A stretch of DNA of 64,000 bases from Candidatus Krumholzibacteriota bacterium (GTDB lineage: Bacteria; Krumholzibacteriota; Krumholzibacteriia; JAJRXK01): the NCBI GenBank assembly GCA_963727455.1, contig CAVSGG010000006.1, forward strand, positions 32,001 to 96,000, given 5' to 3'. This document shows positions 44,342 through 53,700 of this stretch, in pieces (the stretch's first letter is position 1; every line of letters starts with the position of its first letter). The notes below the pieces were generated by a model that was not told where the DNA came from, searched no databases, and worked only from the letters and a program-made list of their open reading frames with translations. The translations under genes and the position numbers were made by a program.

Positions 44342-44995
44342 ATGAAGACTCGCTTGGGAAGCATGAGCAGCGCTTTGGCTCTGTCGGTCCTTCTGGTGGT
44401 TGCGATGGTCCCGCAGTCCACACGGGCCGGCCTCGACATTTCTTTCGGTGCCGCGGTCCACACCGGGGACGATACGGACGTCTATCTCGCGGTTTCCACC
44501 CGCTACTTCGATCGCGACCGCGCGGATGTCGATCGCTGGAATCGGGAATGCCGAAATCCCGACGATTTGGCGGTGGCGCTTTTCATCGCCAGCCATTGTG
44601 GCAAGGGGCCCGATGCCATCTTCGCGATGCACAAGGGCGGTCTGAGCTGGTGGGAGGTGAGCATGCGCCTGGGAGTACAGCCCGACGTATGGTTCGTTCC
44701 AGTGCAGCGCGATCCGGGACCGCCCTACGGTAAGGCCTACGGTTACCACAAAAAGCACGGTCACAATGCGGCCAAGATGCATCTGAGTGATGCAGACCTG
44801 CGCAATCTGGTCGCGGTGCGCATGCTCCACGATTACTACGGTGTGAGCGCCGAAGTCGCGATGGACTGGCGTTCATCCGGACGCAGCTTGCGCGAGATCG
44901 CAGCAAACGAGTACCGCGCGCGTCATGGCAAGAGCCAGCATGCCAACGGCAAATCGCCGAGTCACGGACACGGCAAAGCCAAGCACAGGCGGTAG
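44342..44995 (+). CDS. Secreted hypothetical protein with H/K-rich tail
   Basis: Signal peptide ending STRA; GPPYGKAYGY motif; C-terminal HGHGKAKH. Confidence 0.7.
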   Translation: MKTRLGSMSSALALSVLLVVAMVPQSTRAGLDISFGAAVHTGDDTDVYLAVSTRYFDRDRADVDRWNRECRNPDDLAVALFIASHCGKGPDAIFAMHKGGLSWWEVSMRLGVQPDVWFVPVQRDPGPPYGKAYGYHKKHGHNAAKMHLSDADLRNLVAVRMLHDYYGVSAEVAMDWRSSGRSLREIAANEYRARHGKSQHANGKSPSHGHGKAKHRR

Positions 44996-45060
44996 TCCTC
45001 ATCGAAGCCGCTCTGACGGAGAAGCCAGCGGGATCATCGGTCTCGGTGGCCTTGTCGGAT

Positions 45061-45088
45061 TTGACATCGGCGTTCAATCCGATATGAT
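45061..45088 (+). promoter_or_regulatory. sigma70 promoter TTGACA-N16-TATGAT
   Basis: Near-consensus boxes upstream of the 45193 lipoprotein; overlapping inverted repeat TCGGATT...AATCCGA. Confidence 0.6.
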
Positions 45089-45192
45089 CGCGACCTTCCC
45101 CCGCGTGCGGCCTCCGCTCGTCTTCAGCCGACGATCAGTTCTTCGAGTATTCAGAACTCATTGTCGCATGAATAGCCCTCAAGGAGAAAACC

Positions 45193-45672
45193 GTGAAGAG
45201 GACACTTCTAGCTGCATTCATCCTAACCCTCTTGGCCGTGGGTTGCGGCGACAACTCGACTTCGCCCACGGCGAACACCACACCGACGAGCTACAAGATC
45301 AAGGCCACCACGAATTGGTTCGTCACCTCTCCCGACGCCGATCTTTCCAAGTTCTCGAGCGCGCACATCGTGGTGACGTACACGAGTAATGTTCCGGATG
45401 ACTGCGTCTTCAATTCTTCGCCACAGTTCCAGCTCTGGTCGGATCCCGACGTTTACGATTTCCCCGCCGAGGGTGCCGTCACCATCAACTCAGAGCCAGC
45501 GGGCACGGTAAGCCCGGGCGACACCTTCTCCTACGATCTAACCCTCGACCTCACGAACTTGCCGCCCGGCCAGGACCACATCGGCATGCGGCCCAAAGAG
45601 AACAATCTCTACGGGAATCTCGGTCCACCCCGATCCACGGTGTTCTCTTCCGATGTGACCTTCACGCCCTGA
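45193..45672 (+). CDS. Lipoprotein, unknown function
   Basis: AAGGAG RBS, GTG start, lipobox LAVGC-GDNSTSP. Confidence 0.75.
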   Translation: MKRTLLAAFILTLLAVGCGDNSTSPTANTTPTSYKIKATTNWFVTSPDADLSKFSSAHIVVTYTSNVPDDCVFNSSPQFQLWSDPDVYDFPAEGAVTINSEPAGTVSPGDTFSYDLTLDLTNLPPGQDHIGMRPKENNLYGNLGPPRSTVFSSDVTFTP

Positions 45673-45799
45673 GTTGCAGTGGCGACGAACCTGCGCGGCG
45701 CGTGGACGAAGTCGCGGAAGTGGTCGAGTGGAGACTCTCCGGTTTCCTTTTTATCCTAGAGGCGTGAACGAACGATCTCAGGGAGGAGAGGAACAGGTC

Positions 45800-46423
45800 A
45801 TGAAAATCGGAATTATCGGAGCGGGCCATATCGGTGGAACCCTCGCCAGTCTTTTGACTAAAGCCGGACACGAAGTGATCCTCGCGAACTCGAGGGGCCC
45901 GGAGACGCTGCGCGAGCAAGTCGAGAAACTGGGACCGAAAGCCAGCGCCGCTACAGCCTCCGAAGCCGCCACGCGGGGAGAGATCGTCATCGAGGCCGTT
46001 CCCTTCGGTAAACTCAGCGAGTTGCCGCGCGAGGAGCTCAAGGGCAAGGTGCTGCTGACGGCCTCCAACTACTATCCTTCACGCGACGGCGCCATCGACC
46101 TTCAGGGACTCACCCAGAGCGAGTACTTGCACCGGCTCCTTCCCGAGACGCACCTGGCCAAGGTCTTCAACACCATCTTCTGGGAGCATCTGCGCGACCA
46201 GGGCGATCCGAGCAAGCCGCTCGAAGAGAGGCGCGTGCTTCCTTTTGTCGCCTCGGACGAGCAGGCCAAGAAGGTGGCCCAGGGGCTCATCGAGGAGCTG
46301 GGCTTCGGCCCCCTGTATTTGGGCAAGCTCTCCATGGCGCGTGGATTGAGTGAGACCGAGGACCGCCTCTACAACAAGCAGCTGACGCTGGCGCAGGCGA
46401 GAGGGATGGTGGAGACGAAGTAG
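45800..46423 (+). CDS. NADPH-dependent F420-reductase-like dinucleotide-binding oxidoreductase
   Basis: MKIGIIGAGHIGGTLA, ANSRGPETL, SNYYPSRDG, KVFNTI. Confidence 0.9.
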   Translation: MKIGIIGAGHIGGTLASLLTKAGHEVILANSRGPETLREQVEKLGPKASAATASEAATRGEIVIEAVPFGKLSELPREELKGKVLLTASNYYPSRDGAIDLQGLTQSEYLHRLLPETHLAKVFNTIFWEHLRDQGDPSKPLEERRVLPFVASDEQAKKVAQGLIEELGFGPLYLGKLSMARGLSETEDRLYNKQLTLAQARGMVETK

Positions 46424-46427
46424 CTTT

Positions 46428-46511
46428 TCTACCCGGGTATACAAGTCAAGTTTTTGTCGTTTATAGCCGGCTATAAAAGTCCAGATGCTGTCGAGTCTAC
46501 CCGGGTATACA
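46428..46511. repeat. Three palindromes at exact 34-bp spacing
   Basis: TCTACCCGGGTATACA at 46428 and 46496; TTTATAGCCGGCTATAAA at 46460. Confidence 0.8.
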
Positions 46512-46547
46512 GATCAAAATTGCGCAGCCAGTCTATCCGCGCGCGGC

Positions 46548-48983
46548 CTAGCCCTTGGCTTCCTTGTCGAGCGCGATCCCCAGGCGTTGCATCTTCTCGT
46601 AGAGCGTGTTGCGTCCGATTCCCAGATATCGAGCGGCTTCAGAACGCGAGTTCTTGCACTTGCGCAAGGCGTAAAGAATGATCCGGCGCTCCTCGACTTC
46701 CAAATGCTGTTGGAGGGAGAGAACGGGAGGCGGTTTCTTGCCGCGCGACTCTCGTAGAGAGTGGGGGAGGTGCTTCACGCGCACGCAGCCTCGCTCCAGA
46801 GCGCGAGTCGCCCCTGCACGGACGGCAGACTGCAGCTCCCGCACGTTGCCGGGCCACGGGTAGCGCTCGAAAAGTCTCCGCGCCTGCTTATCCATCCAAA
46901 ATTCGATGCCATACTCCTGGGATTGCTCCTCGAGGAAGAGATCGGTGAGTGGTGCGATATCCTCGGTACGCTCGCGCAGCGGCGGAACCCTTACTTCAAA
47001 AGCATTGATGCGGTACCAGAGATCTTCTCTGAAGGTTCTCTCCTCAACTTGGCGCTTGAGGTCACAATTCGTGGCGGCCAAAACACGGATATCGGCCGTA
47101 TACTCCACAACATCCCCGACCCGACGATAAGTGCCTTCCTGCAGTAATCGAAGCAACTTCGCCTGCATCGGCATCGGAAGCTCTCCGATCTCATCCAAGA
47201 AGAGTGTTCCTCTGGTGGCGGCAGCGACGACACCAGCCGCATCGCGGTCAGCACCCGTGAATGCGCCCTTCTTGTGTCCAAAGAGCTCGCGTTCGAAAAG
47301 AGACTCCGGGAGAGCAGCACAATTTACTGCCACGAAGGGTCCATCCGAGAAGGTGCTATGTTCGTGGATGTAGCGAGCAACAACCTCCTTCCCAACTCCG
47401 GTTGCTCCCATGATCACAGCAGGGGAAGCTGAGCGAGCGATGAGTTCACAGTCAGCAAGGACCGCCTTCATGCTAGGGGATACTGCGATGAGCGTGCCTT
47501 CCTTACGCACTGTTTGCTTCTTCTCCTCCGTGCATTGGGAGGCTTGTGCGCGGAGGCGGGCAAGATCCCGGGCCTCACGCGCGTCGTGTGCCAAAGTCGT
47601 AAGCTGGAGACGGGAAAAAATGGCGAGTGCTTCTTCGGCCGCATCAGCTGCCTGATCCGGCTCCAGGATCGCCGCGAGTTGGACGAGTGTCTTACCGAGT
47701 TCCAGGGGATTGTTGCGACGTCGCAACTCCGAAGCGGCTTCGTCGAGAAGTGGAATTGCCTCATCGGGGCGCGCAAGCTGCGCCAGGGCGGTAGCTTTAA
47801 CGCGAAGAATCTGGCCATACTCGCGAGGGTTTCCGCATGTGTGGATTACTTCGAGAGCATCGTTGGCAAGGTCCAAGGCGATTCGGGGGTTGTGCATGGC
47901 AAGATGAACTTCAGCCTCTTGCCAATAGACTTCGGCGAGTTCATAAGTTGTTGTTCCGGACGCCGCGAGGCACTTCTTGGCCTCCTCGAAAGATGCTAGG
48001 GCCGCCATGTAATCGAGTCGCTGGGCTTGTGCAATACCTTGGTACTCGTGCCACATGGCGGCGGCCGAGGCGTCCATATGCGAAAGATTATCTCGAACCT
48101 CATCAAGTCTACTGGAGGCAGACGTAACATTTCCAAGCAGCAGCTCAAGCCTGGTAAGTGCCACGAGTGTTTTCAACTTGAAGGGAGTCACTCTGCTCTC
48201 AAATTCGGTATGGAGCTCCAGCGCATGAATCAAGAGGGTTTGAGCCCTTGCGAACTTGGCCTGGTGGTAGCAGAAGATGCCAATCTGACGAAGCGCGGCC
48301 GTTGCAGTTCTGTAATTTCCAAGACGTGCCGCAAGTCTCAAAGAGGCGGTAGATAGTTGTTCAGCGTATCCCGCATTCCCAAGCCCCCATTGAATCTCGG
48401 CACGAGCCTGGAGCGCGTGAGCGAGTAGCAGCTGTTCTGACTGGAGGCGGAAGAGACCACAGGCAAGATCGATTTGTTCCTCGGCTTGCATTAAGTCACC
48501 AGAGCGGGAAAACGACCTGTAGCCCTCAAGATACATGATTTCTGCCAAAACAAGCTGGGAGTCCTCTGGATTACAGATTCGTCGAGCAGAACTTACCGCA
48601 GCACGTGACTTACGGTCGTTGCCACTCATTAGTTCGGACCACGCTACCTTGATTCGGATGCGCGCTTGAGCTTCTACACTCAAGCTCCTAGCTGGTCCCG
48701 AGAGGAACTCGGCTAGCTTTTCCCGATTCCCGGTGACATGAAGCGAAAGGGCGTAGTGTACCCCTATCTCGTTGCGGAGATCAGGCTCAAGAGAATCCAA
48801 GTCAAGAAGTGCCTTCTCCGCATAAACTATTGCAGTATCGAAACGCCCGGCCGCCGTGAGTGGTACTACGAGGGAGGCACTCTCTCGCGCCGAGATTGGG
48901 TGTCTGTGGTCTTCGAGTCCAGGAGTAAGCGCCAGTGAGGTCGCTTTCAGGCGTTGAATAGTGCGCTTGAGGTCGGCGTTCAT
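46548..48983 (-). CDS. sigma54-dependent enhancer-binding protein: N-terminal TPR array, AAA+ domain, Fis HTH
   Basis: GATGVGKE, VNCAAL, ELFGHKKGAFTGA, LFLDEIGE, FREDLWYR, WPGNVREL, AARYLGIGRNTLYEK; ~480-aa helical-repeat N-terminus with no REC, GAF or PAS motif visible. Confidence 0.92.
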   Translation of the reverse strand: MNADLKRTIQRLKATSLALTPGLEDHRHPISARESASLVVPLTAAGRFDTAIVYAEKALLDLDSLEPDLRNEIGVHYALSLHVTGNREKLAEFLSGPARSLSVEAQARIRIKVAWSELMSGNDRKSRAAVSSARRICNPEDSQLVLAEIMYLEGYRSFSRSGDLMQAEEQIDLACGLFRLQSEQLLLAHALQARAEIQWGLGNAGYAEQLSTASLRLAARLGNYRTATAALRQIGIFCYHQAKFARAQTLLIHALELHTEFESRVTPFKLKTLVALTRLELLLGNVTSASSRLDEVRDNLSHMDASAAAMWHEYQGIAQAQRLDYMAALASFEEAKKCLAASGTTTYELAEVYWQEAEVHLAMHNPRIALDLANDALEVIHTCGNPREYGQILRVKATALAQLARPDEAIPLLDEAASELRRRNNPLELGKTLVQLAAILEPDQAADAAEEALAIFSRLQLTTLAHDAREARDLARLRAQASQCTEEKKQTVRKEGTLIAVSPSMKAVLADCELIARSASPAVIMGATGVGKEVVARYIHEHSTFSDGPFVAVNCAALPESLFERELFGHKKGAFTGADRDAAGVVAAATRGTLFLDEIGELPMPMQAKLLRLLQEGTYRRVGDVVEYTADIRVLAATNCDLKRQVEERTFREDLWYRINAFEVRVPPLRERTEDIAPLTDLFLEEQSQEYGIEFWMDKQARRLFERYPWPGNVRELQSAVRAGATRALERGCVRVKHLPHSLRESRGKKPPPVLSLQQHLEVEERRIILYALRKCKNSRSEAARYLGIGRNTLYEKMQRLGIALDKEAKG

Positions 48984-49379
48984 CTAGCGCTCCATTCCGT
49001 GCATGTGAACGAATCCGGAGAACTCGCGTAGGAGATGATGCAACCACCGCGAACCAAAGCGTGTAAATTTTGCGAAAGCAAAATCACCAGAGTCGGCGGA
49101 GATGCTGCGATCACGAGTGTTAGTACTTGGCAGGATCGTTGGAGCCAGTGTGTCTGTTCGTCCGATGAGTAGCTCACCACCACCCGGATCCCCCCCACTC
49201 GAGCTGCCCGAACTTGCCTCGATGTCTCCTTGGAAGGTGCCGAGCCTGGATATGACCTTGGCGTGGCTCGCGGACGGAACCGTACAGAGAGCAAAACTGC
49301 AAAGGAGAAGAAAACTCAGGATTGTGCAAAACCAGTAGCTGCGAAAAGTCGTCTTCACCGTTGAACGGGAAGAATTCAT
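48984..49379 (-). CDS. Small secreted low-complexity protein (131 aa), candidate pro-peptide
   Basis: AGGAGG RBS; signal peptide ending ASHA; SSGSSSGGDPGGG segment; its TAG directly abuts the activator ATG. Confidence 0.65.
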   Translation of the reverse strand: MNSSRSTVKTTFRSYWFCTILSFLLLCSFALCTVPSASHAKVISRLGTFQGDIEASSGSSSGGDPGGGELLIGRTDTLAPTILPSTNTRDRSISADSGDFAFAKFTRFGSRWLHHLLREFSGFVHMHGMER

Positions 49380-49659
49380 CGGTGCCTCCTGGACCTCAAA
49401 TCGATACAACCCTGAGCACGGCAACCGACGTCCGTCGCGTGCTAACTGGTCGTAGTGGCCAGAGCATGGCCTTTTTGGGAGGGGTCTCGGCTGGGAGCGA
49501 GCCATGACCGAGAGTGTCAACCACGATTAGACACTATGCGGCAAGTCGATGTCAAGGGGACCGGGAAATCCAGACAAATACCTCAACTCGCACACAGAAA
49601 AAACAGAGTGAAAGATTCAATTCTCAAGTTGAAGCAGTGAGAACTCAACTCCTTGAGTA

Positions 49660-50793
49660 TTACTCCAACCCCACCACATGAAAAGTCGACAGCTGACTCC
49701 CCGGAAGACTCACATAGGACTGAGCGGCGTACCAGAACTTGGCTCCATCGAAAGCGAGGCCCTCGGGAAACGGCCCGTTGACTTCGTCAGGCAGGTGATA
49801 CACGGCCACCGTCTTCCCCGTGTGGTCGATCTGGTAGAGGTTACTCAGGAACCAACCCACGCTCCAAAAATAGCCGTTGGCGTATTCGAGGTGGCTGAGA
49901 TCGCAAACCGAAATGGGAACGGTTTCCACCACGCTGCCCGAAGCATCCAGACGATACAGCGCCTCGCTGCCCGGCCCGAGGTTCCACACCGAACTGCCGT
50001 CGTAGGTCAGACCCGAGGAGCGCATGGGAATCCCAACTCTTTGCGTGATCGTTCCATCAGGGGTGAAGCGGATGAGGTCGGCCTCGTTGCGCGTTCCCGT
50101 TCCGTCGGTAATGGAGGTAGGCAGCGTGCCCCACAACTCGCTGCTACTTGCGGCGAGATCATGGCTCGTCCAGAAGGCATCGTTTTCCAGCAGCACCAAG
50201 ACGGTGTCATCGAACGCGTCCGCGGTTAGGGGCATCGTGAAATAGCCATATCCCAAAGTGCTGATCCACAGATGATCACCCATGACCGCCAGCCCCTTGA
50301 TGTCGTTGGGAACTTCTCGATTGGAATCGAGGGCGAGTTCACCGAGCTGTTGCTTCTCCGCCTGCATCGACGCTTCGAGTCCAGCGGTTGGCAGACTGAA
50401 GGTGCCGTTGAATCTCGTCGAGGCACCGGACACCTCTCCCGCCAATGCAAATGTGAACAGGTAGGGATGGGAATCGTAATCGAGCGCCAGGTGCAAGCTG
50501 TCACCATCGCTCGTGCCACTGAGATCGAAGAAGTGCCAGCTATCATTCCCTCCTCGATCGCGCAGTACGATTTGACCCTTCACCACGCTTCCGGTGCGCG
50601 TGAGGTCCAGCAGCAGCCCTCCGTTCTGCGTGTGATCGAGGCTTTCGTAAGTGCCCTGCCAGAACTCGGCCGTGGTTGGGTAGCTGAAGTTCTCGGGTCC
50701 GGTGCCGTCGTCGTCGCACCCGAACTGTAGCAGGCTGAAAATGAGAATCAGTGGTAGGTAGGTGAGACTAAAATTACGGCGGGCGAAAAGCAT
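49660..50793 (-). CDS. Lipoprotein with C-terminal beta-propeller
   Basis: Lipobox LQFGC-DDDGTGP; GLTYDG..W and GLAFDG.KFW repeats. Confidence 0.75.
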   Translation of the reverse strand: MLFARRNFSLTYLPLILIFSLLQFGCDDDGTGPENFSYPTTAEFWQGTYESLDHTQNGGLLLDLTRTGSVVKGQIVLRDRGGNDSWHFFDLSGTSDGDSLHLALDYDSHPYLFTFALAGEVSGASTRFNGTFSLPTAGLEASMQAEKQQLGELALDSNREVPNDIKGLAVMGDHLWISTLGYGYFTMPLTADAFDDTVLVLLENDAFWTSHDLAASSSELWGTLPTSITDGTGTRNEADLIRFTPDGTITQRVGIPMRSSGLTYDGSSVWNLGPGSEALYRLDASGSVVETVPISVCDLSHLEYANGYFWSVGWFLSNLYQIDHTGKTVAVYHLPDEVNGPFPEGLAFDGAKFWYAAQSYVSLPGSQLSTFHVVGLE

Positions 50794-50988
50794 GGCGCGT
50801 CCTTCTTGTTGAGGAAGCGTCGACCAGGGACTCGATTCTAGCGAAAATCCCGCGCGGCAGGCAAGCCGACAGTTCAAAGCCAGCTTATGGCCCAGGAATC
50901 GGCCAATCCTTGCTCGAAGACCAGCAGAACCCCTATCATTGCGTACACACGCGGCAGCCGTCCTTCATCCTAGATTTTGGGAGAGCCC

Positions 50989-52152
50989 ATGCGACGCCCC
51001 CCCAAGCTGCTTTCGATCCTGACGGCCGCCCTCTTCGGCTCGCTCTTCGCTGCGAGTTGTTCCAACGACTCCACGACGACTCCTCCCACACCCGAGTTCG
51101 TCAGCCCCTGGGTCGAGATCGCCCTTCCCGACACACTTCCCAAGAGCGTATTGATGGGCATTGCCTTTTCGGGAACACGCGGACTCGCGTTGGGTGCGCA
51201 GGGAAGCTCTCAGGGATACGTGCTCGAATTCAACGGGACGAGTTGGCAGCCGCAGCAACTTCCCACCGACGTGAACGATTTTCCTCTGGCCGTGGCCATG
51301 GACTCCGCGGGCAAAGGTGTGGTCGTCGGCGCCCGCTCCGACGGAGGAGGTTCTCCGGTTGTCTTCGCGGAGCGCCCCGATTGGACTCGCGTGGATCTGC
51401 CGATGGTCTTCGGTGGACTGCAGTGCGTCGCGGTCGACGCCTCCGGCACTTTTCTGGCCGCGGGACCCGGAGGCTCCACCGTGCTCGCCCTCAGTGGCAC
51501 CGCGACCGGAAGCTGGACGCAACTCTCCATTCCCTTGCCAGGGGATCCCCAGGAGAAGGCCCTGGTGGATCTCGCCTCGCGCGACGGCACCTGGGCGGGC
51601 TGTGGATTCGACGACGGGGGACAGGGCGACGAGAATTCCCCCTTCTCCGTCGTGCTCATGAATGACGGAACGGGCTGGGATCTGCTCCCTGGCCCAGGTT
51701 GTGGAGCCTGCGGCAGCCGCGAATACCGCGCGGTGGCTCTCAACGCGCAGGGCGCTCTTCTGCTGGGAGGCGCCATCACCGATTTCTCCGCCGGGGCCGA
51801 CGATGAATACACCGCGTTCCTCGCGCTCTACGATCCCGGCAGCGAAAGCTGGACGGAGATCGTCCTTCCCGCCCCGGGCGTGCTCGATCGAGTCAACGAC
51901 ATCCTGGTGACGTCCACCGGCGATGTCTATCTGGCCTGTGGGCTGGCCCACCAGTCCTTGATCCATCACGAGCCGACGGGCAAGACCACCGTCGAATGGA
52001 GCAGCAGTGAGGAGTCGATCACGAGCCTGGCCGAGGACGCCTTGGGAAACGTCTACGCGGTCGGCGTGCACAATGAGAGAGTCGTGGGTGACCCGCCCGG
52101 CACCTATCGCATCGGCCCCCCGTTCATGCTGCAACGGCCGGCCGAACTCTGA
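50989..52152 (+). CDS. Beta-propeller-like lipoprotein, paralog 1
   Basis: Lipobox AASC-SNDSTT; W-anchored repeats; GCGACGSR. Confidence 0.78.
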   Translation: MRRPPKLLSILTAALFGSLFAASCSNDSTTTPPTPEFVSPWVEIALPDTLPKSVLMGIAFSGTRGLALGAQGSSQGYVLEFNGTSWQPQQLPTDVNDFPLAVAMDSAGKGVVVGARSDGGGSPVVFAERPDWTRVDLPMVFGGLQCVAVDASGTFLAAGPGGSTVLALSGTATGSWTQLSIPLPGDPQEKALVDLASRDGTWAGCGFDDGGQGDENSPFSVVLMNDGTGWDLLPGPGCGACGSREYRAVALNAQGALLLGGAITDFSAGADDEYTAFLALYDPGSESWTEIVLPAPGVLDRVNDILVTSTGDVYLACGLAHQSLIHHEPTGKTTVEWSSSEESITSLAEDALGNVYAVGVHNERVVGDPPGTYRIGPPFMLQRPAEL

Positions 52153-52166
52153 TCCGGAGGCAGTTC

Positions 52167-53318
52167 ATGCGCACGGCCAGCAAGTACTTGATCCTTCTCA
52201 TCACGATCCTGCTGGCCTCGGTCCTTGGGCTGGCCTGTTCCGATGACGGGACCGGTCCGGGGTCCGAGAAAAGTCCCTGGAAAGCGTTCGCTCTTCCCGA
52301 CAGCCTCCCTCCGAGCAATCTCACGAGTATCGCAGTCACAGATGCTCGGGTTCTCGTGCTAGGTGCTACCGGAACGAGCGGCACGAAGCCGGACTACCTG
52401 CTCGAGTCCGACATTTCCCACTGGACCGCGCACACGCTCCCCGTCGACTCGAACGACTTCCTCTTCGGCGTGGCCATGGATGCCGCGGGCAAGGGAGTCA
52501 TCGTCGGCGCCAACGCTTCCGGCGGCGGTTCGCCCGTTGTCATGGCGGAACGTCCTGGCTGGACGCGGGTGACTCTCCCCGTGACGAGCCACGACCTACG
52601 CGCGGTGGCGGTCGACCCAAGCTCGGGCACCTTTCGAGCCACCGGGTCGACTGGTTCGAACCTGCTCGTGCTCTCCGGAACAGCAGATGGAAGCTGGACG
52701 ACAGTCTTGACCCCGTCGCTCGGCGATCCCCAAGACAAGAGCCTGGTCGATGTGGCATATGGTTCGGGAACCTGGGTGGCCTGCGGATTCGACGACGGTG
52801 CCGACGGTACGGAAGATTCTCCCTTCTCATTGGTGCTCATGGACGACGGCAGCGGTTGGACGCTGCTCAAAGGGATCGGATGCGGCGCCTGTGGATCTCG
52901 TAAGTATTACGCAGTCGCCGTCAACCAGGCCGGCGCCATTCTGCTGGGTGGGGCGATCACCGACAATTCCGCCGGGGCCGCCGACGAGTTGGTGGCCTTT
53001 CTCTCGCAGTACGACCCCGCGCACGATAAGTGGAGCGAGATCTGGCTGCCCGAGGCGGGCGCCCTCGACCAGGTCAATGACATCCTGGTGGCCGAGAGCG
53101 GCGACATCTATCTGGCCTGCGGGGAGTCCTCGGCGGCGCTGGTCCGGATCGCCGCAGCGGGCGGAGCCACCATCGAGTGGCACAGCAGCGAGGTGATCCT
53201 GCAGGCCCTCGCCGAAAGTTGGAGAGGGGACATCTTCGCGGTGGGTTCCAAGGGACCCGCCAACGAGTTTCCGCGAGACCCGTACATGCTCTGGCGCCCG
53301 CTGCGGCTCGTGTACTGA
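52167..53318 (+). CDS. Beta-propeller-like lipoprotein, paralog 2
   Basis: Lipobox GLAC-SDDGTGP; colinear with paralog 1 along its length. Confidence 0.78.
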   Translation: MRTASKYLILLITILLASVLGLACSDDGTGPGSEKSPWKAFALPDSLPPSNLTSIAVTDARVLVLGATGTSGTKPDYLLESDISHWTAHTLPVDSNDFLFGVAMDAAGKGVIVGANASGGGSPVVMAERPGWTRVTLPVTSHDLRAVAVDPSSGTFRATGSTGSNLLVLSGTADGSWTTVLTPSLGDPQDKSLVDVAYGSGTWVACGFDDGADGTEDSPFSLVLMDDGSGWTLLKGIGCGACGSRKYYAVAVNQAGAILLGGAITDNSAGAADELVAFLSQYDPAHDKWSEIWLPEAGALDQVNDILVAESGDIYLACGESSAALVRIAAAGGATIEWHSSEVILQALAESWRGDIFAVGSKGPANEFPRDPYMLWRPLRLVY

Positions 53319-53404
53319 CGCCCGGACGCTCCGAGTGAAAATGAAAACCCAAGCCAAGGAAAACGTAAAAGTGAACGGAAATTTTACGAACGCTCGTTCA
53401 CTTT

Positions 53405-53616
53405 GCGGGCAAATCTTTCGCGAACAGACGTCCTGCCTGTTCTTGCCCGCCGAATCGCTGGAGTTTCAGACCCTTGAAGTTGCATTATCCTTGGGCACGT
53501 GCAACTTCCCCCGAGCGGGTTCGACTCGGGAGCCGTCGGATTCGTCGTCACGGGATATCGTGCAATTGGGGCCCCTCGGTGGGAGTTTGGCGACTCCTGC
53601 CGAGGGGTGTTCTTTT
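53405..53616 (+). ncRNA. Candidate structured non-coding RNA ending in an intrinsic terminator
   Basis: Hairpins at 53405-53450, 53476-53508 and 53510-53530, then terminator stem 53571-53608 + GTTCTTTT, in an intergenic region between convergent genes. Confidence 0.4.
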
Positions 53617-53700
53617 GTCAGTTCCAGAGAGTTTGATGCGCGAGGCTGGAAAGGAGCACCCAGCCGAGAACCGGGGCGAAAACCTGACTGAAAGCCTAAC

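Noticed and set aside
49380-49660. sigma54 -24/-12 promoter for the peptide/activator operon
   Set aside because: Best candidates have GG-N9-GC rather than N10; none supported by manual scan.
53510-53530. GGTTCGACTC resembling a tRNA T-loop
   Set aside because: No T-stem in register, no cloverleaf and no CCA; not a tRNA.
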